DNA of 35,201 nt, from contig JAMCZG010000025.1 of NCBI GenBank assembly GCA_023485715.1, positions 1 to 35,201 of the forward strand, in the 5' to 3' direction. The notes beneath the pieces were generated by a model. It was not told the DNA's origin, searched no databases, and saw nothing but the letters and a program-made list of their open reading frames with translations. Within the stretch, counting starts at the first letter, position 1; the number at the start of each line of letters is the position of its first letter. The position numbers and the translations under genes are program-made. Of the stretch, positions 23,224-31,822 are shown in pieces. This DNA comes from Patescibacteria group bacterium. Its GTDB lineage: Bacteria; Patescibacteriota; Microgenomatia; Levybacterales; UBA12049.

Positions 23224-25501
23224 TGCTTTGGATAACGATTCTGATATTGTCCGCTTTTTGTGGTAAAATTTTTGGCAGGAACGGAATATTGGGGGAAAGA
23301 GATACAGATCGATCAGAGACCTGAGGAAGTTTTGATATTATTTCTTCGGCTTCTTTAAACGATTTTCCTTTTATTGTTTCAGCCAACTTTTTTTCATCGA
23401 TTTTGGATAATAGAGATGCTTTTATTACGATTGTCCCGGTTATTTCTTTTTCGTTTTTAACTTTTGGACTGTTGATAGAAGAATCAATATTATCAATCAT
23501 CATATCTTGAATATTGTTTTTTAAAAGATTAGTTGAAAAAGATTCGAGATCTTTATTTGGGTAACAAAGCATTGTGTAATCGATGGTTGCCTTTAACGAT
23601 ACTTCTCTTGCTTCATCGTTTTGTTTTTTGCTAAAAGTTTTTTTGGTAAGGGTTATATCGGAGAAGACAGGGATAATCGAGTGTCCTGTCGGGATTTTTT
23701 TGATTATGTCGTCCTTTGCCTTTTTTTCGAATTTTTTGGCGACCTCGTTGGTTAATTTATCGATATCGTTTTTAGATACAATTGTGATTTCTTTTTTTGT
23801 TCCTCCTGAAAAAGCAGAATCGTTTTTAGCAACGATTGTTGTTGTCGGATAAGAACCGATTGTAAATTTAGTACTGGATGGGAGATTGTGTTCTTTACCG
23901 ATTTCTTTTGCCGTAACTTCGATTTTCTTTGTAACCGGCGGGGAACTTGCGTCTCCCGATCCAGAAGAAATAGTTACTGCTTTATCGAAAGTAAATTCAA
24001 GCTCATTCGGCGAAACAATAGTTGTTCCCTGGGGAAATGTTTTTTCCTCCGTAAGGCGACTATACAAAGTGACCGTTCCCTTTGCTTTATCGCCAGTTTC
24101 TTTTTTTCCGGTGGCTTGGGTTGAAGCTTCGCCCGTCTCGGAAACAGAGATCAAATTTCCGGCGATAATATTTTTTGAAATATCAGTTTTTTTATCCGCG
24201 ACAAAAATTGCATCGCTTTTCTTCTCTATAGATTTTGGATTAATATTTATGGTGACTTGCGCGCCCAGGTAAAAAATATAAAGAATAAATAAAAGAATTA
24301 GAAACGCAATTATAATAGGTGGGATAAAAACGATTTTATTACCAGATTTCATAAATAAAAACATCTTTCCGAAAATATTTCTTATTATTTTAACCGGTAG
24401 AGCCAATATACTTCCTGATCTGGTTATTTCTTCTTTGGTTTCATAATTTACTTCGATTTTTTCAGGTCTTCTTCTTTCCTCGGCGATTGCTGTTTGAGGT
24501 TCTATTTCTTCTTCGTCTTGTTCTTCTAATAATTCTTGTATTGGTGTATCTTTTTCTTCTTCGATCTCGTCAGTCTCTTTTTTTACCGATTTTGGCTCTA
24601 CTTTTATAACATCCGCTTCTTTTATAAAACCAAAGCTTTCTTCGTTCAGGGTCGCTGCTTGAGTCGTTTCCTTGTTTTTATCTTCATCTATTCTTGATTT
24701 TAGATCATCAGCTATTATTTTTTCTTTTTTTGCTTCATCTCCTAATACTTCAAAACCCATCTGTGTTGCCGCACCGAACAATATTGCTTTTGAGTCAAAC
24801 CATTTTGGGAGGTTAACGATTTGAGGGACATGTAAAAATGGAAGACTTTTGCTCCATACGTGTCCGATAAATTCCTGACTAAGATTTTCGCTTTCCTTGT
24901 CATCATAGATAATAATTTTCGAAGGTAAGATTTCATAGTCTGTAAAATGATGTAGAACTTGGTCTGTTATTTTTGGTATTGATCCCTCGATTTTTGCTGT
25001 TTTCGTTTCGATAATTTTCCCGGCTCGGACAAGAGAAACAGTAATATTTTTTTTGTCGACCTCGATAAGAATCGCAGAAACAGGCACTCCTTCTTCCTGT
25101 TGCAAACGATGCGTTATTGCTTCTTGGGTAACTAAAAATCCTATCGGAGCAAGTCCTAATGCGTCGCACGATTTTTTAAGTTTAGAAAGATAATCGTGTT
25201 TTATCTTCGATTGTTCTATCCAATTTTGTTTTACGCCGAAAATTGTTTTTAGTGTTTCGGTATTCTCAGAAATTGAGTTCTCAGCGATCGAAATCGCCTT
25301 GTCCATCGTCTCGATTAATTCTTCTTGCGTTACGGTTTCGATCGAGTCTTTAAAATACTCTTCGTTTTTACCGATGACTTGAATTTTTCCCGCGATAACC
25401 TCAAAAACTACCGCACTTACTTTTTCGTCTCTTAAAAGAAGAGCTAAATAATGTTCTGGTTTTTCTTTTTTTCCGAAAATAGAAGGCAGAGCGAGTTTCA
25501 T
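23216..25501 (-). CDS. Bitopic membrane protein: degenerate actin-like (FtsA/PilM-like) cytoplasmic domain, acidic linker, one TM, large extracytoplasmic domain
   Basis: 761-aa ORF. The N-terminal ~260 aa show a beta-beta-beta-alpha pattern (YLALLLRDEKVSAVVFEV..GKIQVIG), plus LGLAPIGFLVTQEAI and SAILIEVDKKNITVSLV, but no DxG/GGGT phosphate motifs. The linker is E/D/K-rich. The TM is IVFIPPIIIAFLILLFILYIFYL (about nt 24255-24340). The function is unknown. Confidence 0.7.
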   Translation of the reverse strand: MKLALPSIFGKKEKPEHYLALLLRDEKVSAVVFEVIAGKIQVIGKNEEYFKDSIETVTQEELIETMDKAISIAENSISENTETLKTIFGVKQNWIEQSKIKHDYLSKLKKSCDALGLAPIGFLVTQEAITHRLQQEEGVPVSAILIEVDKKNITVSLVRAGKIIETKTAKIEGSIPKITDQVLHHFTDYEILPSKIIIYDDKESENLSQEFIGHVWSKSLPFLHVPQIVNLPKWFDSKAILFGAATQMGFEVLGDEAKKEKIIADDLKSRIDEDKNKETTQAATLNEESFGFIKEADVIKVEPKSVKKETDEIEEEKDTPIQELLEEQDEEEIEPQTAIAEERRRPEKIEVNYETKEEITRSGSILALPVKIIRNIFGKMFLFMKSGNKIVFIPPIIIAFLILLFILYIFYLGAQVTININPKSIEKKSDAIFVADKKTDISKNIIAGNLISVSETGEASTQATGKKETGDKAKGTVTLYSRLTEEKTFPQGTTIVSPNELEFTFDKAVTISSGSGDASSPPVTKKIEVTAKEIGKEHNLPSSTKFTIGSYPTTTIVAKNDSAFSGGTKKEITIVSKNDIDKLTNEVAKKFEKKAKDDIIKKIPTGHSIIPVFSDITLTKKTFSKKQNDEAREVSLKATIDYTMLCYPNKDLESFSTNLLKNNIQDMMIDNIDSSINSPKVKNEKEITGTIVIKASLLSKIDEKKLAETIKGKSFKEAEEIISKLPQVSDRSVSLSPNIPFLPKILPQKADNIRIVIQSNE

Positions 25502-25502
25502 A

Positions 25503-27299
25503 TTAATTTTCCAATTTTCCGTAGATTCGTCGTGCCCCGTGTCCGATATTCTCCTGCTTTATTATACTAAACCTTTTTAGCTTGCCTGTAAAATCGACAT
25601 GGGGACCACCGCAGACCTCTTTGCTGAAATCTCCGATTGTGTATACATTTACTTTATCAGCATATTTTGCAATAAAAAAACCTAAGGCGCCTGATTTTAA
25701 CGCTTTTTCTTTGTCCATTGCCTCAAAAGCTATTGGTAGATTATCGTTAATTTTTTCATTTATTAAATTTTCGATTTTTTTTATTTGTTCTTCTGTTAAT
25801 TTTTCTGGATGCGAAAAGTCAAAACGCAAACGCTCGGACGTAATATTGCTTCCTTTCTGTTCGACATGGTTGCCTAATATTTTTCGTAATGCCGCGTGTA
25901 GCAAATGAGTCGCGGTGTGATATTTTACTGTCATTGTGGAATTATCCGCTAACCCGCCTTTAAACTTTTTTTCTGCTCCTGCTCTTGATAATTTTTGATG
26001 CTCTTCCATTTTTTTTGCAAATTCCTGTTCATTAAATTCATAGCCTAAACTTCTAATTTGAGTAGGAGAAAGTCCATGGGTCGAGTAGAGGAGAAACGCA
26101 TCTTCAGATGAGATTTTAGAAATGCCTTTTAATTCGTCACCGGTTTTATATTTTTTTTCGATCAATACTCTTGCTTTTTCGCGGGTTGTTCGATAAATTT
26201 CTTCTTCCTGTAAAATCGTGTTTTTGACGTTTTCAAATTTTTCTTCTAATTCAGGATCTGTGTCGATATATTGCCCGGCAATAGATCTCATTATCGGCAT
26301 AATTTCTTTTCCGCCGAGCTTGTAAAAATTATCCAGACCCCGTCTGATTAATCGTCTTAAAATATAGCCCTGTTCTTTGTTTGAAGGAATAACGTTAGAT
26401 GCGGCTATAAATGTTGACGCGATAAAATGGTCAATTATTATTCTTATTTCTTTTTTATAATCCCCGTATTTTTTCGCTGTTTCATTCTCAATAGTTTTTA
26501 TTATCGGTAAAAAAAGACTGGTTTGAAAAATGTCTGATTTATTTTCCAAAGCCGCCAAAAGTCTTTCGAGCCCACCGCCAAAATCAACATTAGCTTTTGA
26601 TAATTTTTCAAATCCATTCTCGGTTTTTTTATATTCCATAAAAACACTATTCCCAATTTCTAAAAATCTTCCGCACTCACAATTTATATGACATTTTTCT
26701 CCGAATTTTTTGTCGTGTTCTGTTCCTAAATCAAAAAACACCTCACTGTCTGGCCCACCCGGTTCGCCGATCGGCATATCTTTTGGAGTACCTGATCTTG
26801 ACCACCAGTTTTTGTCAACGCCGTAATAAAAAATTCGATCTGATATATCGACTCCTTCGTTATCAAACAATTCTTGCCAGATGTTTTCTGAAAGGTTGTC
26901 GCGAGGAATATTCTCGTATCCATTAAAAACAGAAATATACAACTTTTCAGCCGGAAGACCTAGGCCTTTTGTTAAAAATTCAAAAAACCACGGGATTTGT
27001 TCGCTTTTAAAATAATCACCCAAGCTCCAATTTCCGAGCATTCTAAAAAATGTTGTATGTCGGTTATCGCCGACTTCATCTATGTCTTGTGCTCTAAAAC
27101 AGTTCTGAACATTGGTTAATCGTTTTCCCAAAGGGTGCGGTTCGCCCAATAAATAGGGGATTAGTGGCTGCATTCCAGAACTCGTAAAAAGAGTGGTCGG
27201 ATCATTCTCTGGAATAAGGGGAGAATTTTCGATCCGTTTATGGCCGCGTTTCTCAAAAAAGGAAATATATATGTCGATAATTTCCCGGGCTTTCAACAT
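25503..27299 (-). CDS. alaS: Alanine--tRNA ligase, short form lacking the C-Ala domain
   Basis: N-terminal class II core (FFEKRGHKRIENSPLIPENDPTTLFTSSGMQP, LEIGNSVFMEY) and an editing domain (HTATHLLHAALR, CGGPHV). The protein ends right after the editing domain at 598 aa. Confidence 0.95.
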   Translation of the reverse strand: MLKAREIIDIYISFFEKRGHKRIENSPLIPENDPTTLFTSSGMQPLIPYLLGEPHPLGKRLTNVQNCFRAQDIDEVGDNRHTTFFRMLGNWSLGDYFKSEQIPWFFEFLTKGLGLPAEKLYISVFNGYENIPRDNLSENIWQELFDNEGVDISDRIFYYGVDKNWWSRSGTPKDMPIGEPGGPDSEVFFDLGTEHDKKFGEKCHINCECGRFLEIGNSVFMEYKKTENGFEKLSKANVDFGGGLERLLAALENKSDIFQTSLFLPIIKTIENETAKKYGDYKKEIRIIIDHFIASTFIAASNVIPSNKEQGYILRRLIRRGLDNFYKLGGKEIMPIMRSIAGQYIDTDPELEEKFENVKNTILQEEEIYRTTREKARVLIEKKYKTGDELKGISKISSEDAFLLYSTHGLSPTQIRSLGYEFNEQEFAKKMEEHQKLSRAGAEKKFKGGLADNSTMTVKYHTATHLLHAALRKILGNHVEQKGSNITSERLRFDFSHPEKLTEEQIKKIENLINEKINDNLPIAFEAMDKEKALKSGALGFFIAKYADKVNVYTIGDFSKEVCGGPHVDFTGKLKRFSIIKQENIGHGARRIYGKLEN

Positions 27300-27306
27300 A
27301 CTATAG

Positions 27307-27315
27307 ATTATACCA
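27307..27315 (-). promoter_or_regulatory. Extended -10 element TGgTATAAT, 7 nt upstream of the alaS ATG
   Basis: The minus strand reads TGGTATAAT-CTATAGT-ATG in the 30-nt trxB-alaS gap. There is no SD and I see no clear -35 box. Confidence 0.4.
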
Positions 27316-27329
27316 TGAAGATAATATTT

Positions 27330-28283
27330 CTATCTTTTAATCTGGTTTTGTCCCCAAAGAGACGGGGCGTTTTGTTGTTTAAGATAGGAAAAAGCCGAAA
27401 AGGAAGCACGCGCGCCAAGTCCGATCGCTGTTGAAATTTGCTCGATCGAAAGGCCTACGCTTACGATATCTCCGGCGGCAAAAGCGCCAGGAATATTCGT
27501 CGCAAGTTTATCATCGACTTTTATATATCCCTTTTCATCGACGTTAATTCCCAAGGGAACAGCGAGCGCGCTGCCCGGAACTCCGCCGATCTCGATAAAA
27601 ACTTTTTCAACATCTAATGTCTTTTCAGTCTCGTTTGATTTTATTTTTATTCCGGTTATTTTTTGTCCGTCGCCTAATATTTCTAAAACTTGCGCGTTAT
27701 AGAGAATCTCAATTTTTGGATCGTTTTTAATTTTTTCGATAAGAACGGGATCACTTCTGAGTTCGGAACCGCGATATATAAGGTAAATTTTACTGGCAGC
27801 CTGAGAAAGCTGTATTACTGCCTGAACAGCGCTGTTTGCACCGCCGATAACAGCGACATTTTTGTTTTCGTATTCAAATTTTTCGCACGTCGCGCAATAT
27901 TGCACGCCTTTTCCGATATATTCGTTTTCGCCGGGGATATTTAATTTTCGTCTCTCCGCGCCAGTTGCGATAATAAGCGTTAAACAATCAAAATTTTTTC
28001 CGCTTTCTGTTATGACTTTAAAATTATTTGCAGCCCTTTCGATTTTAGACACTGATTCGCTCAAAATTTCTGCGCCCCTTTTTTTTACCTGAGCGGCCAT
28101 TTTCTCGGCGAGTTCTTTTCCGGATATTTCTTCGAATCCGGGATAATTGATAATATCCGGTGCAAGACTCATTTGTCCTCCTAAAACGCTTCCGATCACA
28201 ATATGATTTAATTTAAAGCATGAGGCATAAATCGATGCAGTGAGCCCGGATGGCCCACACCCCACGATTACAAGATCATACAT
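27330..28283 (-). CDS. trxB: Thioredoxin-disulfide reductase
   Basis: FAD motif VIVGCGPSG, redox CATC, NADPH motif VIGGANSA and a C-terminal GD motif (AAGD). Confidence 0.93.
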   Translation of the reverse strand: MYDLVIVGCGPSGLTASIYASCFKLNHIVIGSVLGGQMSLAPDIINYPGFEEISGKELAEKMAAQVKKRGAEILSESVSKIERAANNFKVITESGKNFDCLTLIIATGAERRKLNIPGENEYIGKGVQYCATCEKFEYENKNVAVIGGANSAVQAVIQLSQAASKIYLIYRGSELRSDPVLIEKIKNDPKIEILYNAQVLEILGDGQKITGIKIKSNETEKTLDVEKVFIEIGGVPGSALAVPLGINVDEKGYIKVDDKLATNIPGAFAAGDIVSVGLSIEQISTAIGLGARASFSAFSYLKQQNAPSLWGQNQIKR

Positions 28284-28290
28284 AGTTAAA

Positions 28291-28299
28291 ATAATAACA
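28291..28299 (-). promoter_or_regulatory. Extended -10 element TGtTATTAT, 7 nt upstream of the trxB ATG
   Basis: The minus strand reads TGTTATTAT-TTTAACT-ATG. There is no SD. It is divergent from the rpoB promoter. Confidence 0.4.
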
Positions 28300-28346
28300 T
28301 AAAAGAAAATTAAAAACTATTTTAATCACATATATACTATAGGTTA

Positions 28347-28376
28347 TTGACAGGGGAAAGGGGAGTATGTTATACA
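28347..28376 (+). promoter_or_regulatory. Promoter for rpoBC: TTGACA-N18-TATACA with TGn extension
   Basis: A consensus -35 lies at 28347-28352 and TGtTATACA at 28368-28376. This leaves a leader of about 95 nt, with AGGAAG upstream of ATG 28472. Confidence 0.4.
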
Positions 28377-28471
28377 CTAAACACTCTATATAAAGTTATT
28401 TCCATAAGGGTGGATTACACTCGGTATTTTTTGTTGTATAGAAGTCTATAGGGTTACAGGAAGTTATTCAG

Positions 28472-31400
28472 ATGCTCAAAAATAATAATAACATTATAAG
28501 ACAAAACTGGGGTAAATCTTACTCCCTATTACCAAAACTCGATTTACTTGCCGTTCAAAAAGAATCGTATAGGTGGTTCAAGGAACACGCAGTTAAGGAG
28601 ATATTAGACGAAATCTCCCCGATCGATGATTTCACAGAAAAGAATTGGACGCTAACCTTAAACGATTATCGGTTTGGAAAACCATCAACCACGCCCCAAA
28701 ACGCACTTGCTAAAGGAATAACATACGATATTCCCCTGTATGTAAAGACGACCTTGGTAAATAAAAAAACGGAAAAGAAAATGAATGCCGAGGTGTTTTT
28801 GGGCGATATTCCCGAAATGACAGAAAGAGGTACGTTTATTGTCAACGGAATCGAAAGAGCAGTTGTTAATCAGTTAGTTAGATCGCCGGGAGTATTTTTT
28901 ACCGCGGTTTCAGACCCGGTTACCGGAAAAATGCTCTATAACGCAGAAATAAGGCCGATTCACGGTTCGTGGCTCGAATTTTCAACTACCAGGCACGCGA
29001 CTATTACAGTAAAAATCGACAGACGAAGAAAGTTTTTAGTAACGACATTTTTACGGGCTTTAGGCATTTCCTCAAACGACCAGCTAACAGAAAGCTTCAA
29101 ACAAATCCAATCCGAAGACAAAGACGAACACATTAAAAATACACTTCATAAAGACGAAACCACGACAGAAGCAGAGGCACTAGTTGAAATTTTCAAAAAA
29201 ATGCATCCTGGAGAACCGATTGTCTTGGAAAAAGTCAGGGAAAACATAACGAGTCTTTTTTTCAACAGCAGAAGATATGATTTGGGAGTAGTTGGAAGAT
29301 ATAAAATCAATAAGAAATTGGATGAAACACCTGGATTTAGGGTTTCGGAAGACCGGGTTTTAACTATCAGCGATATAATCGGGGCTATAAATTATCTTAT
29401 TTTGCTTACTTCCGGAAAGGGAACAGTCGATGACATCGATAGCCTTGCCAACAGAAGAGTAAGAAGTGTGGGGGAATTAGTCGCGACGACCGCATTCAGG
29501 GTGGGTGTTTTAAGACTCGAGAGAAGTATAAAAGAAAGAATGAGCTTGATTCAGGCAGATGTTCCGGTATCGATCCCCTCTTTGATTAATGCGCGACCGA
29601 TCATGGCGTCGATCAACGAATTTTTTAGGACTTCACAGCTTTCGACAATCCTCGACCAGACAAATCCCCTCTCGGAAATCGATAATTTAAACCGCTTAAC
29701 AGTAATGGGTATTGGTGGAGTTTCTAGGGAAAGAGCGGCATTTTCGATCCGAGATATCAACAGTTCTCAATATTCAAGAATTTGTCCGATTAGAAGCCCC
29801 GAAGGACCAAATATAGGATTGGTAACTTATTTAACTTTATACGCGAAGATTAATAAGTATGGTTTTGTCGAAGCACCGTATCGAAAAGTTGAAGTAAAAA
29901 AAACCGGTAAAAAAACGACTGTTAAGGCCCTGGACGAGATTGTTTATATCGACGCAGAAGATGAAGCAAAACATTATATTACAGGGGCAACTGTGTTATC
30001 TAACGAAGATATAATCGAAGACGAAATGGTTCCCGCAAGATACGGTGGAGAGTTTCTGGAAGTCGAAAAAGAAAAAATACAATATGTAGATATTACCCCA
30101 CGTCAGGTTGTTGGTAGTGCTGCTTCCCTCATTCCGTTTGTTTCCCACGACGATGCACAAAGATCCTTAATGGGTACACACATGCAATGCCAGGCAGTTC
30201 CATTAGTGGCACCCCAAAGTCCAATAGTTGGAACAGGGATGGAAGGAGCAGTTGCTCAAGTTATGCGTAGGGTTGTAACTGCGCCCTTCGATGGAAAAAT
30301 CGAATCAATTGATAGTAGAACAATGGTTTTAAAAGGAATAAAAGGAGAAAAAGCGGTATTTTCGATCGAGATTTTTAAGAGAACAGCACAGGCAACATGT
30401 TACACACAAAAGGTAATCGTCGATGTTGGGCAACGCGTTAAAAAAGGAGACGTTCTAATCGATGGGCCGGCGGCACAGTTCGGAGAATTGGCATTAGGTC
30501 AAAATTTATTGATCGCGTATGCATCGCTCGATGGATTGGGATACGAAGACGCCATTGTTGTGTCAGACAGACTAGTTAAGGAAGATGTATTCTCCTCAAT
30601 CCATATCGAAAAGTACGAGACGTCGGTCGTTGAGACAAAGCTAGGACCCGAGGAAACGACTCGTGATATCCCAAATGTCTCAGAAGAAGACCTTGCAAAC
30701 TTAGACGAAGACGGAATCGTTGTAGTCGGAAGCGAAGTCGAATCTGGGGATATTCTAGTCGGAAAAATCGCTCCTAAAGGAGAAACAGAATTAACAGCAG
30801 AAGAAAGATTGTTAAGGGCAATTTTTGGAGAGCAGGCGCGTGAGGTCCGTGATACTTCTTTAAGAATACCAAACGGCGAAAGAGGAACAGTAATAAGTGT
30901 TCAAATTCTCGATCGAAAAAGCGGAGACGAATTAGAGCCAGGTACGATCAGAAAAATTCTCGTCGAGGTAGCGCAATACAGACATATAGTTGTCGGAGAT
31001 AAGCTCGCCGGAAGACACGGTAATAAAGGAGTTATTTCAAAAATTTTACCGGTCGCTGATATGCCGTATCTTTCCGACGGGACACCGGTCGATATTTTAA
31101 TCTCTCCGATAAGCGTTTTAGCTAGAATGAATTTGGGGCAGTTACTCGAGGCGCATCTTGGGTGGGCTGCGCAAAAACTTGGGATGAAAATTGCGGTTCC
31201 TGTTTTTGAAAGAGTAGAAGAAAACAGAATACTCTCTCTTATTAAAAAAGCTGGTCTTCCGGAAAGCGGTAAATCTACTCTTTACGACGGGAGAACAGGA
31301 AAGCCATATGAAAATTCTGTAGTTGTGGGCATAGAGTATGTTATGAAACTTATTCATATGGTCGAAGACAAAACTCACGCAAGGTCGACTGGTCCGTATT

Positions 31401-31822
31401 CTTTAGTTACTCAACAACCTCTCGGCGGAAAAGCGCAAATGGGGGGACAAAGACTCGGAGAGATGGAAGTTTGGGCACTCGAGGCACACAGGGCGCGCTA
31501 TATATTACAAGAAATGTTAACGATTAAATCAGACGACATCGTCGGACGCGCAAAAGCTTTTGAAGCGATTGTTAAAGGTACAGATATCCCAACGCCAAAA
31601 GTACCCGAATCGTTTAAAGTCCTTATTAAAGAACTTCAAGCACTCGGTCTTAATATTGTTCTGACAGGAACAGAAGTAAAAGAAGAAGTGAAAGAGCCTG
31701 TTTTGGAAGAAAAATTAGAAGAAAAGGTCGAAGAAGAAGCAAAAGAACTTCAGGAAACCTTGGGTGGGGAAGAAGTGGCGACTGGGACAGAAAAAGGAAT
31801 GGAGGTTGCGACCAATGAATAA
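28472..31822 (+). CDS. rpoB: DNA-directed RNA polymerase subunit beta
   Basis: 1116 aa with many conserved beta blocks ([86 protein letters not shown]). The tail is acidic. Confidence 0.98.
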   Translation: MLKNNNNIIRQNWGKSYSLLPKLDLLAVQKESYRWFKEHAVKEILDEISPIDDFTEKNWTLTLNDYRFGKPSTTPQNALAKGITYDIPLYVKTTLVNKKTEKKMNAEVFLGDIPEMTERGTFIVNGIERAVVNQLVRSPGVFFTAVSDPVTGKMLYNAEIRPIHGSWLEFSTTRHATITVKIDRRRKFLVTTFLRALGISSNDQLTESFKQIQSEDKDEHIKNTLHKDETTTEAEALVEIFKKMHPGEPIVLEKVRENITSLFFNSRRYDLGVVGRYKINKKLDETPGFRVSEDRVLTISDIIGAINYLILLTSGKGTVDDIDSLANRRVRSVGELVATTAFRVGVLRLERSIKERMSLIQADVPVSIPSLINARPIMASINEFFRTSQLSTILDQTNPLSEIDNLNRLTVMGIGGVSRERAAFSIRDINSSQYSRICPIRSPEGPNIGLVTYLTLYAKINKYGFVEAPYRKVEVKKTGKKTTVKALDEIVYIDAEDEAKHYITGATVLSNEDIIEDEMVPARYGGEFLEVEKEKIQYVDITPRQVVGSAASLIPFVSHDDAQRSLMGTHMQCQAVPLVAPQSPIVGTGMEGAVAQVMRRVVTAPFDGKIESIDSRTMVLKGIKGEKAVFSIEIFKRTAQATCYTQKVIVDVGQRVKKGDVLIDGPAAQFGELALGQNLLIAYASLDGLGYEDAIVVSDRLVKEDVFSSIHIEKYETSVVETKLGPEETTRDIPNVSEEDLANLDEDGIVVVGSEVESGDILVGKIAPKGETELTAEERLLRAIFGEQAREVRDTSLRIPNGERGTVISVQILDRKSGDELEPGTIRKILVEVAQYRHIVVGDKLAGRHGNKGVISKILPVADMPYLSDGTPVDILISPISVLARMNLGQLLEAHLGWAAQKLGMKIAVPVFERVEENRILSLIKKAGLPESGKSTLYDGRTGKPYENSVVVGIEYVMKLIHMVEDKTHARSTGPYSLVTQQPLGGKAQMGGQRLGEMEVWALEAHRARYILQEMLTIKSDDIVGRAKAFEAIVKGTDIPTPKVPESFKVLIKELQALGLNIVLTGTEVKEEVKEPVLEEKLEEKVEEEAKELQETLGGEEVATGTEKGMEVATNE

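Noticed and set aside
7823-24272. Other antisense or alternative-frame ORFs inside conserved genes, for example 7823-8365, 8888-9307, 10828-11067, 13019-13393, 14255-14467, 17344-17787, 21627-21935 and 23886-24272.
   Set aside because: Each is fully embedded in a gene with strong family motifs on the other frame or strand. None shows recognisable motifs or start-site signals.
22341-28471. tRNA or ncRNA genes, or riboswitches, in the two largest non-coding stretches (22341-22488 and 28284-28471).
   Set aside because: Both are extremely AT-rich, with no cloverleaf-like GC stems or long complementary arms. The first is better explained by the 49-aa ORF and the second by divergent trxB and rpoB promoters.
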